DNA from: a virus
Taxonomy: Duplodnaviria; Caudoviricetes
Length of the DNA stretch: 36,491 nt
Direction: 5' to 3' (one strand)
Virus record (IMG/VR): IMGVR_UViG_3300048998_000331
Location: 1-36,491 of that record
This document shows positions 9,506 to 19,227 of the stretch, in pieces (the stretch's first letter is position 1; each line of letters opens with the position of its first letter). A program made the position numbers and the translations under genes. The notes under the pieces are model-generated. The model did not search any database, was not told the DNA's origin, and saw only the letters and a list, made by a program, of their open reading frames with translations.

Positions 9506-10030
9506 TCAGTTGAGGCGGCGTTGAAGGTCCGCCAGGATGCGGGCGGTGTCGCGGTTGATCCGGTCGGTGTGGGGGCGGATCGTCGGCCACCACCACTCCC
9601 GGCCGTAGCTGGTCGTCCACGGCGAGCGGCCGAACGTCGGATGCCGCCACCGGCCGGAGTTGATGTGCCCCGGCAGCGACCGCTGCCGGACCGGGATCTT
9701 GCTGTAGTCGACGAAGACCCTGGCCCCGGCGCTGCTGCCGTGCAGGACCGCGGACGCGGTGATGGCGTTCGCGATGGCCGCACGCAGCGGCCCGTCCGGT
9801 GAGGGGCGCCGCCGCTGCGGCCTGGTCCTGTTGGTGCCGCGGGCGGCGCTGCCGCGGATCGGCACCGCCTGGATCGCGGCGCGCAGGTCGTCCCGCACCG
9901 GGGCGGCCGACCTGCGCAACCGGGCACCCAGCTGGTCACGCAGGCCCCGGTGCCCCTCGTCCCGCAGCTGCGCCGCCAGGCGCCGCAGGTCCGCCACACC
10001 GGTGAGGTAGAAATCCCGCTCGTTCGCCAC
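9506..10030 (-). CDS. HK97 gp10-like tail completion protein
   Basis: Basic protein with GVADLRRLAAQL start and GRWRHPTFG...WWWPTI motif; tail operon. Confidence 0.6.
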   Translation of the reverse strand: MANERDFYLTGVADLRRLAAQLRDEGHRGLRDQLGARLRRSAAPVRDDLRAAIQAVPIRGSAARGTNRTRPQRRRPSPDGPLRAAIANAITASAVLHGSSAGARVFVDYSKIPVRQRSLPGHINSGRWRHPTFGRSPWTTSYGREWWWPTIRPHTDRINRDTARILADLQRRLN

Positions 10031-10034
10031 CGGC

Positions 10035-11021
10035 TCAGAGCGTGACGTCGGTCGACATGTACTCGATGGCGGTGGCGTTGGTCCCGTCGTACAGCCCGGT
10101 AAAGGAGTACGTCGGCTTGACCACCGCCGGGCCGTCCACCGTCGGCGGCTGCGAGTCGAACTTGATCGCGGGCAGCTTCACCCGGAACGTCTCGGCATAG
10201 GTAGTGGCGATGATCGGGCCGACGAACTCCCACACCAAGCTGGTTGCGGCGTCGGAGGTGTGCAGGTCGTCGATGGCGGTGTCGACGTAGTCCATCTCGA
10301 TCGTGCCGGAGATGGAGATCTTGTCGTTGGTGATGGGCTCTTTCTTCAGCCCGGCCTGCCCGGCGTAGTACCGGTCGGTGGCGCTCTTGCGCTCGAACTT
10401 GATCGACACCTTGCGGATGCCGTCCTGCGCGGTCTCCGTCCCGAACGTGCCGGTCTTCACCGCCATCTGCCCGAAGTGGAACGGGCTCATCACCGGGTAG
10501 CTCGCGGTGGCCAGCGTCTGGGCCTCGTCGCAGTTCTTCGCGTCGATCTCGAAGCTGACGGTCAGCATCCCGCCCACCTCGCAACTGAACTCAGCGCTGA
10601 TGATCTTGCAGCCGACGAACGTCTTGTCCGTCACCGTGCCCGTGGTCAGCGGCACGCCCTTCTGGATCGTCAGCGACTTGCCGAAGTTGTCGGCCAGGAC
10701 GTGGGTCTGCAGGTAAGCCGTGGTGGCGGCCTGCTGCACCGGCGTCACCGACGTACCCATGAGCGCCTGGAACAGGATGCCCATGGCCTTGTTGGTGACC
10801 TCCATCTCCAGCGTGCCGCCCGCGTCCTTCGTGGTCACCACCCGCCGCGCGGCCAGGTCCACCTGGCGGCCCGCGGCGATCCCCGCGGACTGCGCGGTCA
10901 CCTTCCGCAAGACCACCGATTCCTTGGTGAACTCCACGAACTTCGTCGACGCCACGAACGTGCCGTAGGTGCTCTCAGCAGCGATACCGATCTGGGCGCC
11001 AAGGCCCGACCCGATAGCCAT
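10035..11021 (-). CDS. Major tail tube protein
   Basis: MAIGSGLGAQIGIAAESTYGT N-terminus; KSLTIQKGVP and FVGCKI motifs of actinophage tail tubes. Confidence 0.88.
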   Translation of the reverse strand: MAIGSGLGAQIGIAAESTYGTFVASTKFVEFTKESVVLRKVTAQSAGIAAGRQVDLAARRVVTTKDAGGTLEMEVTNKAMGILFQALMGTSVTPVQQAATTAYLQTHVLADNFGKSLTIQKGVPLTTGTVTDKTFVGCKIISAEFSCEVGGMLTVSFEIDAKNCDEAQTLATASYPVMSPFHFGQMAVKTGTFGTETAQDGIRKVSIKFERKSATDRYYAGQAGLKKEPITNDKISISGTIEMDYVDTAIDDLHTSDAATSLVWEFVGPIIATTYAETFRVKLPAIKFDSQPPTVDGPAVVKPTYSFTGLYDGTNATAIEYMSTDVTL

Positions 11022-11236
11022 CAGACCTCACTTCCCTTCGGTGCGGCCTTGGCCGCGGCCTTCTTCGCGGGCGCCGGCGCGGCCGGCTCCTCCACCGACT
11101 CCCACAGGTGCGGCTGGCACACGTAGCCCTCCCACCGGGAATCGGGGACGGTCACGATCTCGTCAGGGCTGACAGGGCGGTCGCCGAGCTCCGGCACGAT
11201 GTGCGGCTCGGCGCCGATGAAGCGAACTCGCGCCAC
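11021..11236 (-). CDS. Small hypothetical virion-region protein
   Basis: GTG after AAGGAG; Ala/Lys-rich tail; stop overlaps the tail tube ATG. Confidence 0.65.
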   Translation of the reverse strand: MARVRFIGAEPHIVPELGDRPVSPDEIVTVPDSRWEGYVCQPHLWESVEEPAAPAPAKKAAAKAAPKGSEV

Positions 11237-11303
11237 GGGCTTTCTCCTTCGACGGCATGGCGAACAGCCCGCACACAGGCGGGCCGGCACGAACGGGATT
11301 AGG

Positions 11304-11771
11304 TCAGAGGCGGGCTTTGCAGGCCACAGTGAACGTGACCCCGGCCAGCGCGCCGTCCGGAGTCTGGGGCTGGGCCAGGACGCCCTGGGTGAGGTGCGCC
11401 CACAGCACGCTGCCGTTCAGCGTAGGGGCGTTCGGCTGGGTATCAGTGGCCCGCAGCGCGTCCTCGACAGCAGCCAGCAACGCGAAGACCCGCACCCGCC
11501 GCGCGGCCAGGTCCGTGTCGCCGGCCCGGGACTCGGCGTACCCGAGGATCGTGAAGTCCTCGTCCCGCCGGCGGGCGCCGGCCGAGGCGAAGTCCTGCGT
11601 CATCGTCGCGGCGATCGCGTCGTCCGGCGACCAGCCGATGAACAGCTGATCCTGCTCGGACAGGTCGGTGACCGGCCCCCCGTCGTGCACCACCACCCCC
11701 GCCAGCGACGGGGCGGCGCGGCACAGGTCGAGCAAGGCGGCCATCGCGGCCGGAACCCGGGACGTGCTCAC
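11304..11771 (-). CDS. Tail terminator-like protein
   Basis: GTG overlapping the upstream stop; VVVHDGGP...RRDEDFTI...TLNGSV...VTFTVACKARL pattern; position before tail tube. Confidence 0.65.
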   Translation of the reverse strand: MSTSRVPAAMAALLDLCRAAPSLAGVVVHDGGPVTDLSEQDQLFIGWSPDDAIAATMTQDFASAGARRRDEDFTILGYAESRAGDTDLAARRVRVFALLAAVEDALRATDTQPNAPTLNGSVLWAHLTQGVLAQPQTPDGALAGVTFTVACKARL

Positions 11772-12601
11772 GCGATGCCTCCCGGGGTGCGGTCGCCCTG
11801 CAGCAGATGCAGGGCCCGGTTGGGGATCGCGTAGCCCAGGCCCGGGACCGGCTCGGTCACCGCGAAATCGTCGCCGCCACCGGTGCCCGGCAGCGCCCGG
11901 GACGAACCGAAGTAGGTCCGCCACAGGTGCTGCAGGATCATCTTCCCGCCGAGCGTGATGTTCGCGTCCACGACCGTGCGGCCGGCCTGGTACACCACCC
12001 GGTACGGGCCCACCCAGAACGGCAGCCAGTCATTGCGCCGCAGCACCCCGGTGTCGGTGTCGATATCCAGGGCCGAGACCGGGATGGCCAGCTGCCACGG
12101 CTGCACACCGGTGATCGACGCGACCGACAGCACCGGCGTGGTGTGCAGCACCATCCGGGTCGTGCCGCCCTTGGCGATCTGCGTGACCGTCCGGCGGGCG
12201 ACCGCGCCGACGTAGTACTCGACACACTTGGTGGTCGCCTCGATGCACATGCGCAGCTCGCCGTCGTCGGTCGTCGACGTCGGCGACTTGCCGAGCTTGC
12301 TCTTGGCGTCGGCCAGCGAGAACAGCGCCGGCGGCACCGCCGGCCGCACGTCCAGCACGTCGGTGTACGCACACGCCGGGCTGGTGAACACCCACCGCAC
12401 CGCGTGCAGTCCGGGCTGGGTGGTGACGTAGTCGACGCTGTACTGCCCGGTCACGGCGGGCGGATTGGTGACCGCGGGGGTGGCGGTCGTGCCGTCCGGC
12501 AAGGTGACCGTCACCGCCGCGGTCGTGGCGTTGACGAGCACGCCGACCGCGTCGGTGCAGGTCGCCGTCAGTCGGGCGGTATCACCCAGGTCGAACGGCA
12601 C
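11768..12601 (-). CDS. Head-tail adaptor with N-terminal Ig-like extension
   Basis: GTG after GGAGG; beta-rich N-terminal ~90 aa then FSLADAKSKL...DDGELRMCIEATT...YAIPNRALHLL gp6/gp15-like adaptor. Confidence 0.7.
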   Translation of the reverse strand: MPFDLGDTARLTATCTDAVGVLVNATTAAVTVTLPDGTTATPAVTNPPAVTGQYSVDYVTTQPGLHAVRWVFTSPACAYTDVLDVRPAVPPALFSLADAKSKLGKSPTSTTDDGELRMCIEATTKCVEYYVGAVARRTVTQIAKGGTTRMVLHTTPVLSVASITGVQPWQLAIPVSALDIDTDTGVLRRNDWLPFWVGPYRVVYQAGRTVVDANITLGGKMILQHLWRTYFGSSRALPGTGGGDDFAVTEPVPGLGYAIPNRALHLLQGDRTPGGIA

Positions 12602-12609
12602 GGCGCCTC

Positions 12610-12861
12610 CTACTTGGTGGTGCGGCGGCGGGTCTCGGCGGGCTTGCTCACGGCCCGCTCGGTGCCGGCGTGGGCATCGGCCCGGGTGTGGCCGAGCCGC
12701 TTCAGTTCGGCGTCGACCGCGGCCACCCGGTCGGGCAGGTCTCGCTGGACGTAGCCCGCGCGCTCCCGCTTCAGGGACTCGATCAGCGCCTCGTCGGCGC
12801 CCGGCTCTTCGGTGGTGACCGTCTCGCCCGTGCGGACGTTGACGGCCTCGGTCTCCGGCAT
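12610..12861 (-). CDS. Hypothetical protein downstream of capsid
   Basis: ATG after AAGGAG; LIESLKRERAGY...VDAELKRLG. Confidence 0.7.
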   Translation of the reverse strand: MPETEAVNVRTGETVTTEEPGADEALIESLKRERAGYVQRDLPDRVAAVDAELKRLGHTRADAHAGTERAVSKPAETRRRTTK

Positions 12862-12880
12862 GGCGCTCTCCTTCCTGGCA

Positions 12881-12910
12881 GGCGCCGGGCGACATCAGCC
12901 GCCCGGCGCC
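12881..12910. terminator. Stem-loop after major capsid gene
   Basis: Perfect 11-bp inverted repeat GGCGCCGGGCG-N8-CGCCCGGCGCC just past the capsid stop. Confidence 0.5.
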
Positions 12911-12917
12911 CGAGCTG

Positions 12918-14300
12918 CTAGAACACCGGGGCGATCAGGCCGGTTCCGGACACGACGCTGATGGACTTGGGGTACCGCTCGGAGTGGATCGCCGCGTAGT
13001 TGTAGAAGCGAAGCAGCACTGAAAGCTGGTTGGCGTAGGTCTCCCGGAATGCCTCGGCCCGCGGGGTGCCCTCGAACAGCAGCACGTCGTCGGCCTTGAC
13101 GATGACGAGACGGTCCTCGTTGGTGCCCGCCCCGAGGTTGACCGGGATGGACGGGTCGATGTACACCGGCAGGCCCTGCAGGGTCCCGACGAAGCCCTCG
13201 CTGACGACGTCGCCCATGGTCGCCAGCAGGCTCATCGGGATGTTCGCCACCGGCACGACCAGGGGGCGGCCCTGGGTGTCCAGCGACACCGTGAACCACG
13301 CCCACCGGCGCGGGTGCATGAAGATCCGGTTGGCCGGCAGGAACCGGCCGGTGTGGATCTGCTGGATACCGTCTCCGACCTTGGAGTACAGCTCACCCAC
13401 CGTGGGAGTGGCGTCGGTGTAGGTGATGGCGTTCAGCCCCGACACGTTCAGCAGGCCGCGCTTGTTCGCCGCGTTGTTGTTGATCGCGAACACGTCGAGC
13501 TTGGTGGCGTAGTCCGCCGCCAGGTCGGCGAGCAGGATCTCGTCCATGTTGATCGGAGACTGGTCCAGCAGCTGCTGAGCCAGGACCTGCTGACCGGCGA
13601 TCGTCTCCACCGCGGCGGTCACCGAGTTGCTGGTCGCGTCGGTGTTTTGCACCGCGGTGTTCTGCGTGGCCTGCGCGGCGACCGCGGTTCCCGAGGCGAC
13701 CCGCGGCAGGTTGATCGAGTCGGTGCCGGGCGGCAGCGGCAGCGGCCGGAGCTGGTTGGCGATGACGCGGCCGGCGCGGGCCAGCGCCACGTAGTCGTTG
13801 ACCATCCACAGCGGCGGCACGAATTCTCCGACACCGCCGTCGGTGGTGGTCAGGGCGCGCTTTTCCAGCTCGGCCTGGACCTCGCGGTCGTTGCGGGTCA
13901 TGCGCTCGATCGACTCGCGGTTGCCGTTGACCGTGCCGCGGTACAGGTCCCGGAAGTACGAGACGTTGCCGCCCTTGCGGTAGGTCTCCGGCTCGCTGAC
14001 GACCCGCACGCTCGGGCCCTGCAGGCCGGTCTGCCCGTACTGGGCGCGCATCTCGGCGGCCAGGTTGTCGCGAAGCTCTGCTTCTTCCGCCGCCGTGATC
14101 CGGGCCTGCAGCGGCGTGATCTCGTCGGCGTCCAGGGCGCGGATCTCCGCGGTGAGCCGGTCGTACTCGGCCTGCTCGGTGTCGTTGAGCTTGGCGCGCT
14201 GCTCCGCCGTCGCCGCCGTCATGGTGGCGTCGAGGTCGGTCTTCAGCGCGGCCCGCTGAGTGAGCAGCTTCTGCATCTGCTCACGCAGGAATACGAGCAT
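12918..14300 (-). CDS. Major capsid protein, HK97 fold with N-terminal scaffold (delta) domain
   Basis: Coiled-coil N-terminus, then RALTTTDGGVGEFVPP, MHPRRW and GTLQGLPVYID motifs; AAAAGGAG RBS. Confidence 0.93.
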   Translation of the reverse strand: MLVFLREQMQKLLTQRAALKTDLDATMTAATAEQRAKLNDTEQAEYDRLTAEIRALDADEITPLQARITAAEEAELRDNLAAEMRAQYGQTGLQGPSVRVVSEPETYRKGGNVSYFRDLYRGTVNGNRESIERMTRNDREVQAELEKRALTTTDGGVGEFVPPLWMVNDYVALARAGRVIANQLRPLPLPPGTDSINLPRVASGTAVAAQATQNTAVQNTDATSNSVTAAVETIAGQQVLAQQLLDQSPINMDEILLADLAADYATKLDVFAINNNAANKRGLLNVSGLNAITYTDATPTVGELYSKVGDGIQQIHTGRFLPANRIFMHPRRWAWFTVSLDTQGRPLVVPVANIPMSLLATMGDVVSEGFVGTLQGLPVYIDPSIPVNLGAGTNEDRLVIVKADDVLLFEGTPRAEAFRETYANQLSVLLRFYNYAAIHSERYPKSISVVSGTGLIAPVF

Positions 14301-14429
14301 GGCTCGCTCCTTTTGGGATGGGGATGGGACGGGGTCGCGCCCGCGGCCGATGGGTGGTGCCCCAGGTGGTGGCGCGCGAAAGCGCGCTCCGGCGTGGGGT
14401 CCGGCGCGTCGTGGTGCAGGCGGGGGTGG

Positions 14430-15104
14430 CTACAGGGCCAAAGCGGCAGCCTGAGCCAAGTACAGGGGGAGCCCGGCGGGCTCAGGGGCGGGCGGTGCCA
14501 GACGCGCCTGCAGCCGCTCCAGCAGGGCGCGGGCGCCGGTCTCGTCCATGGCGTCGATGTCCTGCGCGCGCATCGCGTCGACCGAGGTGGCCGGGTTCGC
14601 GCCGAAGTTCACCACCGACACGTCACCGCGGTGGATGTCCACCTCAAGGATGTCGCGCTGGTCGAAGTCCGGGCTCCACAGCTGGCGGGTCACACGGAAC
14701 GCGAAACTCATCTCGTCGACCGCGCCGTCCTCGATCGCAGCCACCATGTCGCCGACATCGGACCGGGAGGTGTTGACATCGGCCTGCATGTGCAGGCCCG
14801 CCGCGTCCTCCGACAGCCGCAGACTGCCAGCCTTGGTGTACGCCATCGACAGCCCGGAGTGGTTGAGCAGCAGCTGCACCTGAGGGGTCTCGCCGAGGGT
14901 CTTGCCGAACGCGCCCTGCCGCACCACCTCGCTGTACGGGCCGAGCCAGTCGTACATCTCGTAGGGCTGCTCGGTCGCCGAGGCGTAGCCCTCGATCGTC
15001 GACACCGCCGTGGCGCCGGCCTTCGCCCGGACCTCCAGCCGCACCGGGTACGCGCGGCGGACGATGCCACCGAGCGCGTTGCGCTCGCTCTTGTCGCCCA
15101 TCAC
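14430..15104 (-). CDS. HK97-family prohead protease
   Basis: IEGYAS, EVVRQGAFGKTL, LLLNH, EMSFAF, DVSVV.FGANPAT motifs. Confidence 0.92.
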   Translation of the reverse strand: MMGDKSERNALGGIVRRAYPVRLEVRAKAGATAVSTIEGYASATEQPYEMYDWLGPYSEVVRQGAFGKTLGETPQVQLLLNHSGLSMAYTKAGSLRLSEDAAGLHMQADVNTSRSDVGDMVAAIEDGAVDEMSFAFRVTRQLWSPDFDQRDILEVDIHRGDVSVVNFGANPATSVDAMRAQDIDAMDETGARALLERLQARLAPPAPEPAGLPLYLAQAAALAL

Positions 15105-16267
15105 TTGCCTCCCAGCACGCCGATGGTCGCCGCGGCGACCGCCTCATTCGGGTCGTTGCCCCACGGGACGGGGCCCAACTCGTTCTCGTCGCGGATCTCG
15201 TTGACGACCTTGATGCGGTTCTGCAGCTCGATCGCGGCCGTCTTGATCCGGGTGAACATGTCGGTACGCACCAGCCCGGCCCGGTCGAAACGCACCTTCG
15301 CCTGCGGGTCGGGCAGCAGCGCCGTCAGCGCCCGCTCGGCCCGCACCAGCCACGGATCCACCGCGTAGGTCAGCAGGTCCAAAGACCGCTGCTCAATGTT
15401 CGAGTACGTCAGAGAGCCGCCCGTTTCGTACCCCAGGATTTCCGCGAAACCGGGGCCGAAGATCCGGCAGCACTCAGCCGCGGTGTAGTTGTTCGTCTCC
15501 AGGAACTGCGACTCGTTCGGGCTGATCTGGATCTGCTGGTACTTCCAGCCGCCACCCAGCACCACCGGCTCACGGCGGCCGTGGATCGCCGCGAGGAAGC
15601 GTTCCTTCGCGGTCATCGACTGCTTCTGGTCCAGATCCTTTTCCGTCGTCAAGATCCCCGAGGGGTGCGCGCCCTCGGAGAACCACTGCGCGCCGAACTG
15701 CAGGGCGCTGATGCCGGTACGGATCGTCATCGCCTGCAGCGCGATCGGCGACAGCCCGACCAGCTGACCCGGCGCGGTGTGCAGCCGCTTGTGCCACACC
15801 TGCGCGGCGGGCACGTCCTTGCCGTTGTAGTTCCACGTCGCCCGGCCGTCGGTGTCCTGGTAGGCCCGCACCGCATCCGGGTGCTGCAGGCCGATCTGCG
15901 TCGGCAGGCCGAACCGCGGATTGCGGGCCAGCACCTTGCCGTAGACGTTGCCGCGCAGCATCGCCGAGTAGAAGAACGACCACAGCCAGTCCGGGGTGCC
16001 GTACCCGTCGCCGCCGATGTCGGCCAGCCAGCCCGGCAACGGCTCCTGCTCCCGCGGCCGGGGGAAGTACTGCAGCGTCAGCGTCTCCCCGATCGTCGCG
16101 ACCAGGTTCACGCAACTCCAGACCGCGACCTTCTGCAAGCTCGACTCGGTCCGCGACAGATCCACATAGGCGTAGTTCAGCCCGCCCACCTGCGAGTTCG
16201 GCGGGATCGGCGGGATCGGGAACGCGGGCTGATCCCGCTTCTCCCTCCGCCCGAAAAGCACACTCAC
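15101..16267 (-). CDS. HK97-family portal protein
   Basis: AVWSCVNLVA, LRGNVY, GLSPI, QFLET, YSNIEQ and NEIR motifs; GTG start overlapping the upstream stop. Confidence 0.92.
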   Translation of the reverse strand: MSVLFGRREKRDQPAFPIPPIPPNSQVGGLNYAYVDLSRTESSLQKVAVWSCVNLVATIGETLTLQYFPRPREQEPLPGWLADIGGDGYGTPDWLWSFFYSAMLRGNVYGKVLARNPRFGLPTQIGLQHPDAVRAYQDTDGRATWNYNGKDVPAAQVWHKRLHTAPGQLVGLSPIALQAMTIRTGISALQFGAQWFSEGAHPSGILTTEKDLDQKQSMTAKERFLAAIHGRREPVVLGGGWKYQQIQISPNESQFLETNNYTAAECCRIFGPGFAEILGYETGGSLTYSNIEQRSLDLLTYAVDPWLVRAERALTALLPDPQAKVRFDRAGLVRTDMFTRIKTAAIELQNRIKVVNEIRDENELGPVPWGNDPNEAVAAATIGVLGGK

Positions 16268-16479
16268 GGTGACCCCCTTCGCCGCGGCGCCCGGTCGGCG
16301 ACCTGGTCGGCGAGCAGCAGCACCCCGGCCACCAGCGGGCCGGCCGGGTGGTACGCCATCCACGCGCCCACCGCGATCAGACCCACCGCGAGCAGCCCCG
16401 GGGCGGCGCGCCACACCGCGCCCACCGCCACACCGGCCAGGGCCGCCAGGCGGACCGTCAGCGGCTCCTTGCCGGGCAT
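16264..16479 (-). CDS. Small membrane protein between terminase and portal
   Basis: 71 aa hydrophobic (GLLAVGLIAVGAWMAYHPAGPLVAGVLLLA); AAGGGAG RBS. Confidence 0.7.
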   Translation of the reverse strand: MPGKEPLTVRLAALAGVAVGAVWRAAPGLLAVGLIAVGAWMAYHPAGPLVAGVLLLADQVADRAPRRRGSP

Positions 16480-16490
16480 GGGCACTCCCT

Positions 16491-17987
16491 TCACCAGATG
16501 TTGTCCAGCGGGTCCGACTCGGTGTCGTCCGCATGCATCGCATGACCCCACAGGGCATTCGTCGCGGCCACCAGCGGGCTGATGTCCACCGTCAAGCCGC
16601 GCCGGGCCCACGCCCACGCATCACCCAGCGGACGCTTCTGCCCGCCCGCCAAAGCCGCCGCCAGCGGCGCCGGGTCCCGGTGCGCCAGGGTCTGCTCGGT
16701 GACCGCGTCGAAGAACTGACCGGCCGCCGCCGCGATCTCCCGCGCCTTCGGCTGCACGATCTCCAGCCCGGCCTTCTCCAAGTCCGGGATCAGCGAACCG
16801 GCCGGGCCGCCCGCGTCCACAACGATCGCGCACGGCTTCCACTTCACCGCCAGCTCGGCCATCCGCTCCACGACCCAGCCCATGCCGGGCCGGTGATCGA
16901 TCACCTCGACCGCCCGCCCGTCGCCGTACTTCCCGGCCGCGCAGATCGCCGCATGCGACCGCTCAGGCGTCGCGTCGATAGCGAAGGCCACCGGGTTGGC
17001 AGGATCCGCCTCAGCGTCCGCCAGCGCCCGCCACGCCTCCTCCGGGATGACCTGCCAGGTGTCCGTGCCGTCCGCCGGGTACTCGCCCACCCCGAGGCGT
17101 TCACGGGCGAACCCGGACACGCCCATGGACAGGCGTTCCTTCGCCACATGCTCCGGTGTGATCCGGATGCCCAACGCCGGGTTGGCCTTCGCCCACGACG
17201 CCGGGTCACCCGGGTCGTCGTGAGCCGTGCAGTCCGGCGGGCACTCGTCGACGTGCGGCTCGACTGACCACTCGAAGTACGCCAGCGACGGATCGGGCTT
17301 CCCCACCTCCATCGCGCCGAGCGCACGCCGCCGCAGCCGCGCAAGCTGCAGCGACAACGAGCCGATGCCGGCGCTGCCCAGGTACCAGATCTGCGGGTTC
17401 TTCACCGCGGACATGGTGGGCATCAGCGCCGACATCGCGTCATCGCCGAGGATCATCGCCTCGTCCAGAACGTTGCAGTCGCCGGTGAAGCCGCGGCCGG
17501 AGCCGCCCGAGCGGGCCAGGAACCGCAGCACCTGCCCGGTCGCCAGCTCGATGGCTTCCTCACCGGTGGTCCGCCGCACCCGCAGAACACGTTTCCGCAA
17601 GTCAGGGCATCCCATGATGAGCTGTTCGATCCGGCGGAACGCCACGATGCTCGTCTTGAACTCGTGTGCGCTGTGCAGGATCAGCCGCTCGCCGAGCAGG
17701 AACAGCCCAGCCAACTCGCGGGCCTCGATGATCCCGCCCTTGCCGTTCTGCCGCGGCACGTTCACCGCGACCTCGAACGCCGACCACTTGCCGCCCGGAC
17801 GCTCACCGAGACCGATGTCCAGGACGTGCTGCTGCCACGGATCGAGCTTCAGTCCGGCCAGCGCGGCCAGTTCGACCGCCTCCTGCCCACTGCTGGACAA
17901 GAACGGCGGCGCCGTCTGGATCCGCGGGGTCTGCACGCCGGGCAGATCAGGCTCCTCTGCGGCGCTCGCGACGAGCAGCGAGGTCAT
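16491..17987 (-). CDS. terL: Terminase large subunit
   Basis: LDPWQ adenine-binding motif, VPRQNGKG Walker A, VLDEA Walker B, ANPALG, FAIDA nuclease Asp, DISPLVA; start approximate. Confidence 0.93.
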   Translation of the reverse strand: MTSLLVASAAEEPDLPGVQTPRIQTAPPFLSSSGQEAVELAALAGLKLDPWQQHVLDIGLGERPGGKWSAFEVAVNVPRQNGKGGIIEARELAGLFLLGERLILHSAHEFKTSIVAFRRIEQLIMGCPDLRKRVLRVRRTTGEEAIELATGQVLRFLARSGGSGRGFTGDCNVLDEAMILGDDAMSALMPTMSAVKNPQIWYLGSAGIGSLSLQLARLRRRALGAMEVGKPDPSLAYFEWSVEPHVDECPPDCTAHDDPGDPASWAKANPALGIRITPEHVAKERLSMGVSGFARERLGVGEYPADGTDTWQVIPEEAWRALADAEADPANPVAFAIDATPERSHAAICAAGKYGDGRAVEVIDHRPGMGWVVERMAELAVKWKPCAIVVDAGGPAGSLIPDLEKAGLEIVQPKAREIAAAAGQFFDAVTEQTLAHRDPAPLAAALAGGQKRPLGDAWAWARRGLTVDISPLVAATNALWGHAMHADDTESDPLDNIW

Positions 17988-18201
17988 CGAGCGCATCCCC
18001 CTCCGACTGAACAGGCGCCAGCTTCCGCAGATCCAGGAGGATCGCGCGCAGGTCACGGGCCACAACCGCCGCAGCCGTCGGGGCATCGGTCTCGTCCTGG
18101 TGCCGAGCCAGGTTCAGGGCGGCAGCTGCCAGACCGGGCGCGATCTGCTCGGCGCCGAGCGCATCGATCTCCGCCCGGACCGCATCCTCGATCGCACCCA
18201 C
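17947..18201 (-). CDS. terS: Terminase small subunit
   Basis: Small helical protein (LAAAALNLARHQD...DALDDLAARRERRRGA) directly upstream of terL. Confidence 0.75.
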   Translation of the reverse strand: MGAIEDAVRAEIDALGAEQIAPGLAAAALNLARHQDETDAPTAAAVVARDLRAILLDLRKLAPVQSEGDALDDLAARRERRRGA

Positions 18202-18339
18202 AGCCCACCCCAAATCGGACGTAACAAGGAGCAACCAGACGGATGGTGACCTACCGTCACAAGAGCGAAGTAACGCAGGGTGAGCGCCGCTAAAACGGGT
18301 CTCGCGGTTTCCGAGTCAAGATCCGCTTTCAAAAACCCC

Positions 18340-18395
18340 ACGCAAAAATTCGGGCGAGAAGGGCTTGTGGGTCGCCCGGGAATGTGCTTAAAAAC
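18340..18395. other. Candidate cos/packaging site
   Basis: AT-richer intergenic gap between HNH/ATPase genes and terS; CGGGCGA-N14-TCGCCCG inverted repeat flanked by A-tracts. Confidence 0.45.
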
Positions 18396-18398
18396 TGG

Positions 18399-18839
18399 TC
18401 ACCACTCGCGCGATGCCTGCGCCGTGACGGTTGCTCCCCGCGCGGGCCGGTAGTGGTCGTACCAGCGTGTGACCACGCCGAGTAGTGCGGGCTGCCGCAT
18501 GTCCCTGACTCTCCGTTCGGTGACGGAGCGTCCCGGGTCTACGACCACGATGCGTGCGCGCAGCCGCTTGTACTTGGCCGTGGCCTTGGGGCTGGGCATG
18601 GAGTGGATGAGGTACACGTCAGTGGTGTCAAGGTGCTGGCATGCCTCGTCGATGGCGGCGTACCGGGCACGGTGCGCGACCTTGAGCAGGGCCGCGGTGT
18701 GTGCCCAGCCGTCCGCGCCGGGGGTGGTGAGGGCGAGGGCGATGCGGTCGAGGTCGATGACGATGTCACCGGGCCGGGCGTGCCCCGCGATCCACGTGGA
18801 CTTACCCGAGGCCGGGGGGCCGGTGATGACGTACAGCAT
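18399..18839 (-). CDS. P-loop ATPase/kinase-like protein (HNH-associated)
   Basis: Walker A GPPASGKST; DIVIDLD. Confidence 0.8.
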   Translation of the reverse strand: MLYVITGPPASGKSTWIAGHARPGDIVIDLDRIALALTTPGADGWAHTAALLKVAHRARYAAIDEACQHLDTTDVYLIHSMPSPKATAKYKRLRARIVVVDPGRSVTERRVRDMRQPALLGVVTRWYDHYRPARGATVTAQASREW

Positions 18840-18843
18840 GGGG

Positions 18844-19122
18844 TCACCACCTGCGTGAGGCTGTGGGTTGCGCGTACTCCATGCGGTTGCCGCGGGCGCT
18901 GTTGCAGCGGCGGTGTGCGCTGCGGGCGTTGGCGGGGTCGAGCAGGGAGCCGCCGCGGCTGAGCGGGATGAGGTGGTCGAGGGTGAACGACCAGGCGTCG
19001 CGTGGGTCGAGGGTGAGGTCGATGTCGTGGCCGCAGCGCCAGCAGGGCTGGCCGAGGTCGCGGACCATGGCGCACAGGCGGCGGTACGGGCGGCCGTTGT
19101 GGGGATTGCCGGCCACGGTCAC
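18844..19122 (-). CDS. HNH endonuclease (terminase-associated)
   Basis: CWRCG...LDHLIPLSRGG...NARSAHRRCNSARG. Confidence 0.92.
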   Translation of the reverse strand: MTVAGNPHNGRPYRRLCAMVRDLGQPCWRCGHDIDLTLDPRDAWSFTLDHLIPLSRGGSLLDPANARSAHRRCNSARGNRMEYAQPTASRRW

Positions 19123-19227
19123 CCCCGGGGCATGGCGAGGGCCCCGGCTCGGTGAGCGCGGGGCCTGGTGGTCTTGTGTCCGGGCACGCCGGACTTGCCT
19201 TGAGTGTTACACCTGGTCACCGGTAGA

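Noticed and set aside
9007-10584. ORF-track N-terminal extensions (also 531-1520, 26932-27900, 24865-25632, 28339-29118)
   Set aside because: They overlap other well-supported genes in another frame; true starts were reassigned using RBS and stop/start overlaps.
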